From the NCBI RefSeq assembly GCF_035285525.1, contig NZ_JAYKGW010000146.1, positions 1-11,288 on the forward strand: a stretch of 11,288 nucleotides of DNA. The letters are read 5' to 3'. The notes beneath the pieces were generated by a model. The model had not been told where the DNA came from and did no database searches. It saw only the letters and a program-made list of their open reading frames with translations. Source of the DNA: Okeania sp. (GTDB lineage: Bacteria; Cyanobacteriota; Cyanobacteriia; Cyanobacteriales; Microcoleaceae). Of the stretch, positions 1 to 7,113 are shown one piece after another. Both the position numbers and the translations under genes were made by a program. Each line of letters starts with the position of its first letter. The stretch's first letter is position 1.

Positions 1-14
1 TAGATTAATAATTA

Positions 15-22
15 GCGATCGC
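15..22. repeat. HIP1 octamer (GCGATCGC)
   Basis: Exact palindromic GCGATCGC. This highly iterated palindrome is typical of many cyanobacterial genomes. Two more exact copies are listed below. Confidence 0.8.
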
Positions 23-51
23 TAAAATCCCAAATTCCAATAGCATTGATC

Positions 52-699
52 ATGGCAGTCACCGTACTACTTCAAAAACTTACAGTTCCCCCTGGTCAAA
101 GGTGATTAGTCCACAACCTACAGTGGACTGAATTTGAATCTGTTCTAGAAGAGTTAGGGGAACATCGCTCTTCCAGAATTACTTATTATCAGGGAACTTT
201 AGAAATTAGAATGCCTACCCCAAAACACGAAGTTGATAAAGAACTCATAGGCGATGTGGTGAAAATTTTGCTTGATGAGTTAGAAATAGACTGTGAGTGT
301 TTTGGCTCTACTACTTTCAAGGGAGAAACTATGGAAAGTGGTATCGAACCGGATCAATGTTTCTATATTGAACACCATGCTCGAATGCGAAGCAAGCGAC
401 GAGTAGAGCTGAATGTCGATCCACCACCCGACTTAGCTATTGAAGTAGATGTTACCTCTAAAACTCAGCTAAATGTCCATGAGAAATTAGGTGTACCTGA
501 ACTTTGGCGTTATGAGAAAAACCAACTGAAGGTTTATCTCTTGCAACCAGGAAAAGAATACGAGGAAGTTTCCACCAGTCCAACATTTCCTAGATTAGCC
601 ATTCAGGATTTGGTGGCAGAAGTTTTAGTTCAAAGTCGCGATATTGCTAGAAGTCCTGCTTTACGAGCTTTTCGCAAAAGAATCAGAGAAATAGTCTAG
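52..699 (+). pseudogene. Uma2 family (DUF820) endonuclease, interrupted by one in-frame TGA at 103..105
   Basis: Reading from ATG 52 gives MAVTVLLQKLTVPPGQR-stop-LVHNLQWTEFESVLEELGEHRSSRITYYQGTLEIRMPTPKHE..., in the same frame as the 211..699 ORF (211-52=159). Residues on both sides of the stop (VPPGQ, W.EFE..LEELGE.RSSR, GTLEI) match what I recall as the conserved N-terminus of one cyanobacterial Uma2 subfamily. The body carries GIEPDQCFYI, DPPPDLAIEVDVTS and LGVPELWRYE. The 211..699 ORF is therefore the surviving remnant of a longer gene. Confidence 0.7.
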
Positions 700-785
700 T
701 CAAGAAAAGTCAAGTTAAAAATGAAAAAAAGCATGACTACAGAAGTTTTTATATCAGTGAACCACATAAAAAAAATGATAATCTA

Positions 786-813
786 GTAGAAACCTTCCAT
801 CGAACGTCCCTAC
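786..813. repeat. degenerate copy of a Nostocales palindromic repeat (GTAGAGACG...CGTCTCTAC type)
   Basis: GTAGAAACCTTCCATCGAACGTCCCTAC is an imperfect palindrome, with 10 of 14 positions pairing. It differs at about 4 positions from the palindrome GTAGAGACGTTCCATGGAACGTCTCTAC, which I recall from memory as common in Nostoc/Anabaena intergenic DNA. Confidence 0.3.
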
Positions 814-861
814 TGTTTGTTGTACTTAGATAAAATTTGCAAATAACTGGAAAAAAAGGAC

Positions 862-879
862 TGTAAAATAAAATTTACA
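862..879. promoter_or_regulatory. 18-bp palindrome TGTAAA-N6-TTTACA upstream of the amine-oxidase gene (candidate operator)
   Basis: Perfect 6-nt arms, TGTAAA at 862..867 and TTTACA at 874..879, ending 21 nt before ATG 901. The surrounding DNA is very AT-rich, so chance occurrence is plausible. Confidence 0.2.
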
Positions 880-900
880 TTGTAGCGTCGAACCTAAATT

Positions 901-2433
901 ATGTATAATCGCATTTTAGAGTTAGAGTCAGATCATCCATTTTCTTTTGAGCGCTTGTATAGTCATCCAGGTTCTCTTATTCCCTACGACAAAGGCGGTA
1001 CTCGCAAACAAATTGCAATTATTGGCGGAGGAATAGCCGGCCTTGTTAGTGCTTACGAACTAAGTCAACTCAACCATAAAGTTACTTTATTAGAGTCTGA
1101 TTCTCGTTTAGGAGGAAGGATTAAAACTCATTATTTTAGTGATGGAACTTACGGAGAATTAGGTGCAATGCGAATCCCTACAAGTCATGGTTGCACTTTA
1201 CATTATGTAGATAAATTTAAGTTACCAAAAAGATCTTTTATTAATTACAATCCTGCAACTTTTTATTATTTGAGGGGAAAGAAAATTCGTTTAGATAATT
1301 ATCAAGAACTTTTTTCTATTTACAATTTAACCCCTGATGAAAAAGAAGACCCTGGAGTAATTTACGCTCGCTTATTGTCAGAGTTAATTAATTCTTTTTC
1401 TGAACAAGAAAAATGGGAATTATTTGCGCCAACTTTTACCAGCGATAAGCTAAAAAAGTACGATAGCCTGTCAGTTAAGGACTTTTTTCGCAGTCATCTT
1501 TCCCTCGATGCTTTTGAATTAATTGGTTGTATTACTGGTATAATAGATTATCATAATATTTCTTTATTAAATGGTTTGATTGATTTCTTTGCTTGGTATC
1601 AAGTTGAGCAATACGAACTCATAGGAGGAATGACAACTTTAGTGAATGCTTTGGTGAAAAGAATATCAGGAAAAATTGAGACTGGAGCCAAAGTAACACA
1701 TATAGCAATGACAGATAAAGGGGTTAGAGTTGGCTGGAATAACTTAGATAAACCAAAAACAGCAGAATTTGATTATGTGATCTTTGCTCTTCCTGCTACT
1801 GCTCTAGCTCAAATTAATTTTGACCCTATTTTACCCAGTAAACAACAAGAAGCTATTAACAATTTGGGTTATTGTAGTGCTAGTAAAACTTTATTACACT
1901 GTAAGTCTCGCCCTTGGGAATTTGCAGATAATATCTATGGTGGGGAAAGTTTTACAGACCTAAATATCGAAAAGTGTTGGTATCCTTGTGATAATGCTCA
2001 ATTAGATTCAAATAACTTTTCTCAACCTCATTTTGTTACTAAAAATAAAGATATTTCTTATCAACCATCAGTGTTTACTGCTGCTTATCGCTGGTCAGAT
2101 AATTCCAGGAAATTTATGGCTTTAGATGAAACAAATAAAGCCGATTTAACCTTAGATGAAGTTGAAAAAATTCATCCTAATATTAAACAATATACCGATG
2201 ATATTATTCATAGTATTTGGGATGAAAATCACCAGCTTAGTTCTGGTTCTTATGCCTATTTTGCTCCAGGAGAACGAGATAAATATCAACCTTTTATGGG
2301 ACAACCTTATCCTATTAATAATCCTCGTGTTTTCTTTGCTGGAGAACATTTAGCCATCAATCACGCTTCAGTTCAAGGAGCAATTCAAACCAGTGTTACA
2401 GCAGTTATTGATATTCTCAAAATGTCTATTTAG
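901..2433 (+). CDS. flavin-containing amine oxidase, L-amino-acid oxidase family
   Basis: 510-aa ORF with an ATG start. FAD dinucleotide-binding motif IAIIGGGIAGLVSAYEL..LLES..RLGGR. Family motifs GELGAMRIP..H, YELIGGM and C-terminal FFAGEH...GA, as in LAAO and RebO/VioA-type enzymes. No signal peptide is evident. Confidence 0.9.
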   Translation: MYNRILELESDHPFSFERLYSHPGSLIPYDKGGTRKQIAIIGGGIAGLVSAYELSQLNHKVTLLESDSRLGGRIKTHYFSDGTYGELGAMRIPTSHGCTLHYVDKFKLPKRSFINYNPATFYYLRGKKIRLDNYQELFSIYNLTPDEKEDPGVIYARLLSELINSFSEQEKWELFAPTFTSDKLKKYDSLSVKDFFRSHLSLDAFELIGCITGIIDYHNISLLNGLIDFFAWYQVEQYELIGGMTTLVNALVKRISGKIETGAKVTHIAMTDKGVRVGWNNLDKPKTAEFDYVIFALPATALAQINFDPILPSKQQEAINNLGYCSASKTLLHCKSRPWEFADNIYGGESFTDLNIEKCWYPCDNAQLDSNNFSQPHFVTKNKDISYQPSVFTAAYRWSDNSRKFMALDETNKADLTLDEVEKIHPNIKQYTDDIIHSIWDENHQLSSGSYAYFAPGERDKYQPFMGQPYPINNPRVFFAGEHLAINHASVQGAIQTSVTAVIDILKMSI

Positions 2434-2604
2434 GGCTTGCGTATGGAAAGCTAAAAGTCTTATGGTTCTCGGTCTTAGGAGTTTTTAGATTCAGTTTATC
2501 TCCTTATTATTCGCTCTTATTTGTCTGAAAATACTGAGATTTTCTGCTGAAATTCCCAAAAATTTCTTCAGATAAAATGGCCAAAAGCGTCGCTTCTTCC
2601 CCCA

Positions 2605-2636
2605 TCTCCGCGTCTCCACGTCCCCGTGTCCTACCC
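2605..2636. repeat. degenerate C-rich octamer tandem repeat (STRR-like)
   Basis: TCTCCGCG / TCTCCACG / TCCCCGTG / TCCTACCC in strict 8-nt register. This is the same octamer family as 3474..3492. Confidence 0.5.
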
Positions 2637-2655
2637 CCACCAACCAATTTATTCA

Positions 2656-2677
2656 GCAAACCCTATTTAGGGTTTGC
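2656..2677. terminator. 22-nt perfect palindrome in the convergent spacer (candidate bidirectional hairpin)
   Basis: GCAAACCCTA TT TAGGGTTTGC. Realistic fold is an 8-bp stem GCAAACCC/GGGTTTGC with a 6-nt loop. It lies between the convergent stops at 2433 and 2826. There is no U-tract on either strand, so terminator function is uncertain. Confidence 0.3.
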
Positions 2678-2825
2678 CCTTGTCAACCAAAATCCTAGCT
2701 TTTTTAGTACCTAAAAAAGTACCAGATTTTCGCTCTTGTAGGCTGCTCAAGTGAGTATTTTGGCATATACCAGAGTTGGCAAGGGATAATTTTTCCTATG
2801 TACCTCTTCTAACACTCCTTATTCC

Positions 2826-3287
2826 CTACTCCCTGTCAGAATAATAACGTATTTTTTCTATTGGTACCTGACTAGATAATGCTTTTTCAATGTCGTAGGG
2901 AAAAGGAGGGAAAATTGGTTGGTAGTCTTTCGGTGTCAAAGGTTTGTGTCGGACAATAGCATTTACCATAACACAAGTTTCGTCATAAGGATTGATAGCA
3001 CCATGAGGAATTTTTGGTGCTACTTTAACCACAAAAGAATCTTGTTCGCTCAAAGGAATATATTGATATTTGCCTGCGGACAAAATTACCCAAATAAACT
3101 TACCACGAACTACTTGAATGTAATCTGTTTGATTGCGATGAACATATAAATTTTCCCTAGTGTTTGGTGGATATGTAGCCACCATAGTTTCGTTACAATT
3201 AAGGCTAGTATAATAGGAAATTCCCTCCGGTACAGTTTCTGAATTAAGTTGTAAAATTTCTATACTAGGTATCTTTGCCATTTTCAT
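2826..3287 (-). CDS. small cupin protein, RmlC-like (dTDP-4-dehydrorhamnose 3,5-epimerase-like fold)
   Basis: 153-aa ORF with an ATG start. YVHRNQTDYIQVVRGKF...IPLSE...VKVAPKIPHGAIN resembles the RmlC pattern (H..Q.....V.G ... P.G.aHG). The family call is by eye only. Confidence 0.6.
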   Translation of the reverse strand: MKMAKIPSIEILQLNSETVPEGISYYTSLNCNETMVATYPPNTRENLYVHRNQTDYIQVVRGKFIWVILSAGKYQYIPLSEQDSFVVKVAPKIPHGAINPYDETCVMVNAIVRHKPLTPKDYQPIFPPFPYDIEKALSSQVPIEKIRYYSDRE

Positions 3288-3323
3288 TTACCTTGTGAAT
3301 TAATATCAAATCTGCTGGGCAAC

Positions 3324-3565
3324 GGAAGTACTACAAGAAACCGGGTTTGTCGGAGGTAGATTGTATAGGACCCCTAACCGTATCTTTACAAAAGTGAGGA
3401 TTAGGAGACAGTAGTCACAACATGAAGAAATAGAATAGGGAAAAAAGTATAAAAATAGCCCCATTATGCACCATCTCCCCGACTCCCCGACTTTCCACCT
3501 AATTTTATAGAACCCAAATGGCTTCTATAGAACCCGGTTTCTGGGTTTCCCCTGGGTAAGTCCTG
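3324..3565. repeat. composite MITE-like element of the GAAACCGGGTT / GGACTTAC family
   Basis: A 12-nt perfect inverted repeat: AGAAACCGGGTT at 3336..3347 and AACCCGGTTTCT at 3531..3542. The right end is GGGTAAGTCCTG (3554..3565), one nt from the stop of the 3567..5156 gene. The left end is a degenerate GGAAGTAC (3324..3331). Internal features are an octamer repeat and a direct repeat TATAGAACCC (3506..3515 and 3526..3535). Confidence 0.45.
3474..3492. repeat. C-rich octamer tandem repeat (TCTCCCCG ACTCCCCG ACT)
   Basis: Two and a fraction 8-nt units, the same consensus as 2605..2636 (TCTCCNCG). Confidence 0.5.
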
Positions 3566-3566
3566 T

Positions 3567-5156
3567 TTATATTTTATATTCTAGAACTTTCATCGCTGCA
3601 TTATGCCCTGGAATCCCACTAACACATCCTCCCCGTTTAGCTCCAGAGCCACACAGGAAGATATTATCAAAGCCAATTTCTACACCCCACATTCCCCGTT
3701 CTTCCTCTGATTCTACAAAAGGCCAGGAAAGAGATTGATGGAAGACATGACCTGTGGGAATACCCACTTCTCGTTCCACATCCACTGGAGTCGCAATATC
3801 AACACAAAGTTGACCATTTTCATCCCGCGCTATACAATCTTCTATGGGTTCTAATAAATATTGATTTACGCCATTAAGATACCTCTCCAATACTTTCTGT
3901 TTCTCTGTTTCATTGTCTTTCACAAATAAGCTATAAGGCATTTCCAACCCAAATAAAGTTAGAGTCTGATAACCTTCTGTTCTCAGAGATGGGGATAGAA
4001 TAGAATCATCTGTTAAACTATGACAATAAAACTCGCCAGGGGGATGTTCTGGTATAATTCCTTCACCAGCCATTTTGTAACTATCAATGATGTTTTGATA
4101 ACCCTCGTTAACATGGAACGTTCCAGTAAATGCCTCTACAGAATTGTAATCTGCCTTCAAACGGGGTAACTTCCTTAAAACCATATTAATTTTGACAAAC
4201 GATCCTTCATCTTTCGGATCCTTAGGAGGATTATACCCACTCAACAGTTGGGAAAGTTTTTTCGGAGCAAGATTAACTAAAACATATTTTCCATTGACAT
4301 AGTTTTCTTGGCGATCTTGTTGAAACTTTACAGTTGCTTCCCCTTTGTCTGGGTCTATTTTTGTGACTTCAGCACCGTTGAGTATTTCCACACCATTTTT
4401 TTGGCATTGACCAACAAGTTCCTCTGTCAGTTTGCCCATACCACCGACAGGAACGCACCAATCCCCTGTACCATTAGCAATAATATGATAGAGAAACGTC
4501 CGATTTTGTTTTAAGGATGAATCATGGGGATGGGTAAACGTGCCAATAGTGCCATCAGTGAATACTAAACCCCGCACCAAATCACTTTGAAAAAATTCTT
4601 CAATCGCAACTCCCAAGGGTTGCTCAATAAATAATTGCCAAGCTAGCTTTTCTTCTTCTGTCTGAAAGCGATTTTTTATTTCATCTTTAGTCTGCATCGG
4701 TTCCAGCAATGAAGGCCAGATGTTCTTTCCTAGAGACTTTTGGAGTTGATGAAACTTGACATAGCTTTGATATTCTTCTAAATTTCCGGTGAGTTGTTTA
4801 AAGGAATGCTCGGTGACAACTTCAGATTCATTACTAATCAATAAACCCTGATGTTTCCCGTTTTGCTCAAATGGAGTGAAGGAAGCGGGATTTCTTTGTC
4901 GGAATTTAAAATCTAAATCTAAATCTGAGATAATTTTTTGTGGGAGCATTCCCACTAAATAGGCATAAACTGAGAGTTTCGCTTCAATACCAGGAAATAG
5001 TTGGCGGGAAACAACTGTTCCTCCTACTTGCTCTTGTTGTTCTAGCACCAAAACAGATTTACCCGCTTTAGTAAGATAACAAGCAGCAATGAGTCCATTG
5101 TGTCCACCACCAACGATGACTACATCATAGTTTTTTTGTATATTTGAAGATGTCAT
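3567..5156 (-). CDS. NAD(P)/FAD-dependent oxidoreductase, phytoene-desaturase (CrtI/COG1233) family
   Basis: 529-aa ORF with an ATG start. N-terminal YDVVIVGGGHNGLIAACYL..G..VLVLE....VGG. C-terminal NIFLCGSGAKRGGCVSGIPGHNAA, typical of this family. Confidence 0.9.
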   Translation of the reverse strand: MTSSNIQKNYDVVIVGGGHNGLIAACYLTKAGKSVLVLEQQEQVGGTVVSRQLFPGIEAKLSVYAYLVGMLPQKIISDLDLDFKFRQRNPASFTPFEQNGKHQGLLISNESEVVTEHSFKQLTGNLEEYQSYVKFHQLQKSLGKNIWPSLLEPMQTKDEIKNRFQTEEEKLAWQLFIEQPLGVAIEEFFQSDLVRGLVFTDGTIGTFTHPHDSSLKQNRTFLYHIIANGTGDWCVPVGGMGKLTEELVGQCQKNGVEILNGAEVTKIDPDKGEATVKFQQDRQENYVNGKYVLVNLAPKKLSQLLSGYNPPKDPKDEGSFVKINMVLRKLPRLKADYNSVEAFTGTFHVNEGYQNIIDSYKMAGEGIIPEHPPGEFYCHSLTDDSILSPSLRTEGYQTLTLFGLEMPYSLFVKDNETEKQKVLERYLNGVNQYLLEPIEDCIARDENGQLCVDIATPVDVEREVGIPTGHVFHQSLSWPFVESEEERGMWGVEIGFDNIFLCGSGAKRGGCVSGIPGHNAAMKVLEYKI

Positions 5157-5190
5157 AGTTTTTTCTACTAATTAGGTAAAATATCAAGAT

Positions 5191-5290
5191 CGGGACTTAC
5201 CCATAGCAACCAAGAAACCGGGTTTATTACTTTGATTGTTGTTCAAAGCAGGAAATTTCTTTGATAAACCCGGTTTCTGCGTAAGTCCTA
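5191..5290. repeat. MITE-like nested inverted repeat of the GAAACCGGGTT / GGACTTAC family
   Basis: Outer inverted repeat GGACTTAC (5193..5200) and GTAAGTCC (5281..5288). Inner 15-nt perfect inverted repeat AGAAACCGGGTTTAT (5213..5227) and ATAAACCCGGTTTCT (5264..5278). The right end overlaps the stop codon of the 5288..6064 gene by one nt. No clean target-site duplication was seen. Confidence 0.6.
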
Positions 5291-6064
5291 ATCAATATAG
5301 GAGGAATCTACCCGATCGAGCAAACGGCGATTAGCTTCCCAAACGAGTTTAAATTCTTGGTTATCCTGGTGAAATGGACCCTCAAACTGCTTTGCTGTAT
5401 GTTCGCAAATCTCAGGTGGTGGTATAATTGGTTTGGCACTGCTATTTAACACATTAACCTGAATTTCGCAAGCCTTATTTAGGTAGTACATATAGTAAAA
5501 TGCTTCTGCCACTGTTTTACCTACTGTTAAAAGACCGTGATTACGAAGGATTAAACATTTCTTGTCTCCTAGAGATGCCACCAGTCTTTCTCGCTCATCC
5601 AAGTTAAGTGATATTCCCTCATAATCATGGTAGGCAACCCGATTATAAAATTCCATCGAAATTTGGTTAAGCGGCAACAAACCTTCTTCCATCGCAGCAA
5701 CTGCCATGCCACTGATAGTGTGGGTGTGGATGATGGCATGAACATTGGGGCAACCTAAATGAATAGCACTGTGTATCGTAAATCCTGCTGGATTTACTTC
5801 CGCATCTGCTGGATCGATTTTATTACCATTAGCATCGACTGGAACCAAATTTGATGCACATATTTCCTCGAACATCATACCATAGGGATTAATCAGGAAT
5901 ATTGGTGGTTCCTCTTTAATGCGTACAGAAATATGGGTGTAGATCATGTCTGTCATCCCATAGTAGTGAATCAAGCGGTAAGCAGCAGCAAGATCGACGC
6001 GCAACTTTTGTTCTTCTTGGGAGTAGGAGGTAGTTATGGGATTTTTGAGTTTAGAGTTGATCAT
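5288..6064 (-). CDS. class II aldolase / adducin head-domain family protein
   Basis: 258-aa ORF with an ATG start. NPAGFTIHSAIH...VHAIIHTHT (metal-binding His pair) and ILRNHGLLTVGKTVAEAFYYMYYLNKACEIQV closely resemble the adducin-head / class II aldolase signature. Confidence 0.9.
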   Translation of the reverse strand: MINSKLKNPITTSYSQEEQKLRVDLAAAYRLIHYYGMTDMIYTHISVRIKEEPPIFLINPYGMMFEEICASNLVPVDANGNKIDPADAEVNPAGFTIHSAIHLGCPNVHAIIHTHTISGMAVAAMEEGLLPLNQISMEFYNRVAYHDYEGISLNLDERERLVASLGDKKCLILRNHGLLTVGKTVAEAFYYMYYLNKACEIQVNVLNSSAKPIIPPPEICEHTAKQFEGPFHQDNQEFKLVWEANRRLLDRVDSSYID

Positions 6065-6069
6065 CTTGT

Positions 6070-6939
6070 TTAAATAAATTTACTGTGGGAAACGAAATCG
6101 CCTTCTTTAAGATCGGTTAATTTATAACCAAAAGAAGTCAAGGTATCATCACCCTTAGCTTTGATCAGGGAGTATAAACCATCCAGAAATATCTTTGAAT
6201 AGCGAGCTTGGGAATCCACAAAACGCATTGTATATGCCATTCTTGATGGTAATTTTCCTTCTAGGAGAGGGACACTTCTATGCCAAACAAATTTGTCTAA
6301 TAAAAGAGCATCACCTACTTCAAAATCATCTTCTACTTTATTTTTCTCTAAAACTAAGTTTTCCAGTTTAGAGGCGTAGAAAAAATCCAAATAATTAAAA
6401 TCTTCGGTTTGACAAAATTCAGCAAAATCTTGGTGTTGGATCGCTTCGTACCGGAGAGCATAGTACCCAAAAGTAGGATAAGCCTTTTGAGGTACGTATG
6501 CCATACCTCCATGTTGCTCTTTGGTGTTAATGGGAACTAGGGGTATCCAAATAGAATAGGCTAAATCTTCTGGTTTAATAAAGTTGAAGCTAACTAAATC
6601 TAGATGGAATGGAAATCCTTTTTTGTTTGGTTTTAATTCAAATCCCACACCTTGGGTGAAGATTAATTCATTGGCAATTAATTGCTTGAGGGTATTTTTA
6701 AAGTTTTCGTCGGAATAGATGTTTTTGGTTACGGCATTTTCCAGATCGTAACCAACTCTGGAAAAATCCCCACTATAAGATTCGGGAACTTTTTGGACTT
6801 GATTGGATTGAGCGATTAAATTCTGTAATTTATCGATCGCTTCATCTGTAAACAGTTTTTTGAGTTTGAGAAACCCATTCTCAGCAAAAGACTTTTTTTC
6901 TTCTGCGGATATAGTAATTTTGTTGACTAGCAAAGACAT
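6070..6939 (-). CDS. PhyH-type Fe(II)/2-oxoglutarate-dependent dioxygenase (paralog 1)
   Basis: 289-aa ORF with an ATG start. N-terminal F.ENGFLKLKKLF, H-x-D in FPFHLDL, distal His in KFVWHRSVP followed by SRMAYTMRF (candidate 2OG-binding Arg). Its stop lies 5 nt from the downstream start. Confidence 0.8.
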   Translation of the reverse strand: MSLLVNKITISAEEKKSFAENGFLKLKKLFTDEAIDKLQNLIAQSNQVQKVPESYSGDFSRVGYDLENAVTKNIYSDENFKNTLKQLIANELIFTQGVGFELKPNKKGFPFHLDLVSFNFIKPEDLAYSIWIPLVPINTKEQHGGMAYVPQKAYPTFGYYALRYEAIQHQDFAEFCQTEDFNYLDFFYASKLENLVLEKNKVEDDFEVGDALLLDKFVWHRSVPLLEGKLPSRMAYTMRFVDSQARYSKIFLDGLYSLIKAKGDDTLTSFGYKLTDLKEGDFVSHSKFI

Positions 6940-6974
6940 AAGCTTTTAATCAGGATGTATAATTTAGGATTAGT

Positions 6975-7113
6975 CAGGACTTACGCACGCGCAAGGTATT
7001 TCTGTCATTGCTTCAGCAAGCGACAGCGTTTCGCTCCGCGACATGAATGCAAAGCATTCCGTAAGGATAGCAATCTCAAATGACCAAAACTCCTCCCGAA
7101 TGCGTAAGTCCTG
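6975..7113. mobile_element. 139-bp MITE with 13-bp perfect terminal inverted repeats and a 5-bp TSD
   Basis: CAGGACTTACGCA (6975..6987) and TGCGTAAGTCCTG (7101..7113) are exact reverse complements. Direct repeat TTAGT flanks both sides (6970..6974 and 7114..7118). There is no coding capacity. An internal hairpin GAATGC-AAA-GCATTC lies at 7045..7059. Confidence 0.65.

Noticed and set aside
103-105. TGA in Uma2 as selenocysteine or programmed read-through
   Set aside because: No SECIS-like hairpin is evident immediately downstream. The position aligns with an ordinary hydrophobic residue in the family, so a nonsense mutation or sequencing error is simpler.
862-879. Canonical NtcA binding site
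   Set aside because: The GTA and TAC triplets are separated by 10 nt, not the canonical 8 nt.
2152-2353. Two 65-aa ORFs (2152..2349 minus and 2156..2353 plus) inside the amine-oxidase gene
   Set aside because: They lie entirely within a strongly supported 510-aa CDS. Their translations are low-complexity and I/L/N/F-rich, as expected from off-frame reading of AT-rich DNA.
2577-2714. 45-aa ORF MAKSVASSPISASPRPRVLPPPTNLFSKPYLGFALVNQNPSFFST
   Set aside because: Its Pro/Ser-rich composition comes from reading through the C-rich octamer repeat and the palindromes. I see no convincing ribosome-binding site or motif, so it is most likely non-coding.
2919-3149. 76-aa plus-strand ORF antisense to the cupin gene
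   Set aside because: It is embedded antisense in a CDS and has no recognisable motif. This is a typical shadow ORF.
4308-4514. 68-aa plus-strand ORF antisense to the flavin oxidoreductase gene
   Set aside because: Shadow ORF within a well-supported CDS.
3567-5156. Carotenoid ketolase CrtO or phytoene desaturase identity
   Set aside because: Only the generic N- and C-terminal FAD-family motifs match. The central region does not resemble the CrtO sequence as I recall it, and the gene context is not carotenogenic. I kept the call at family level.
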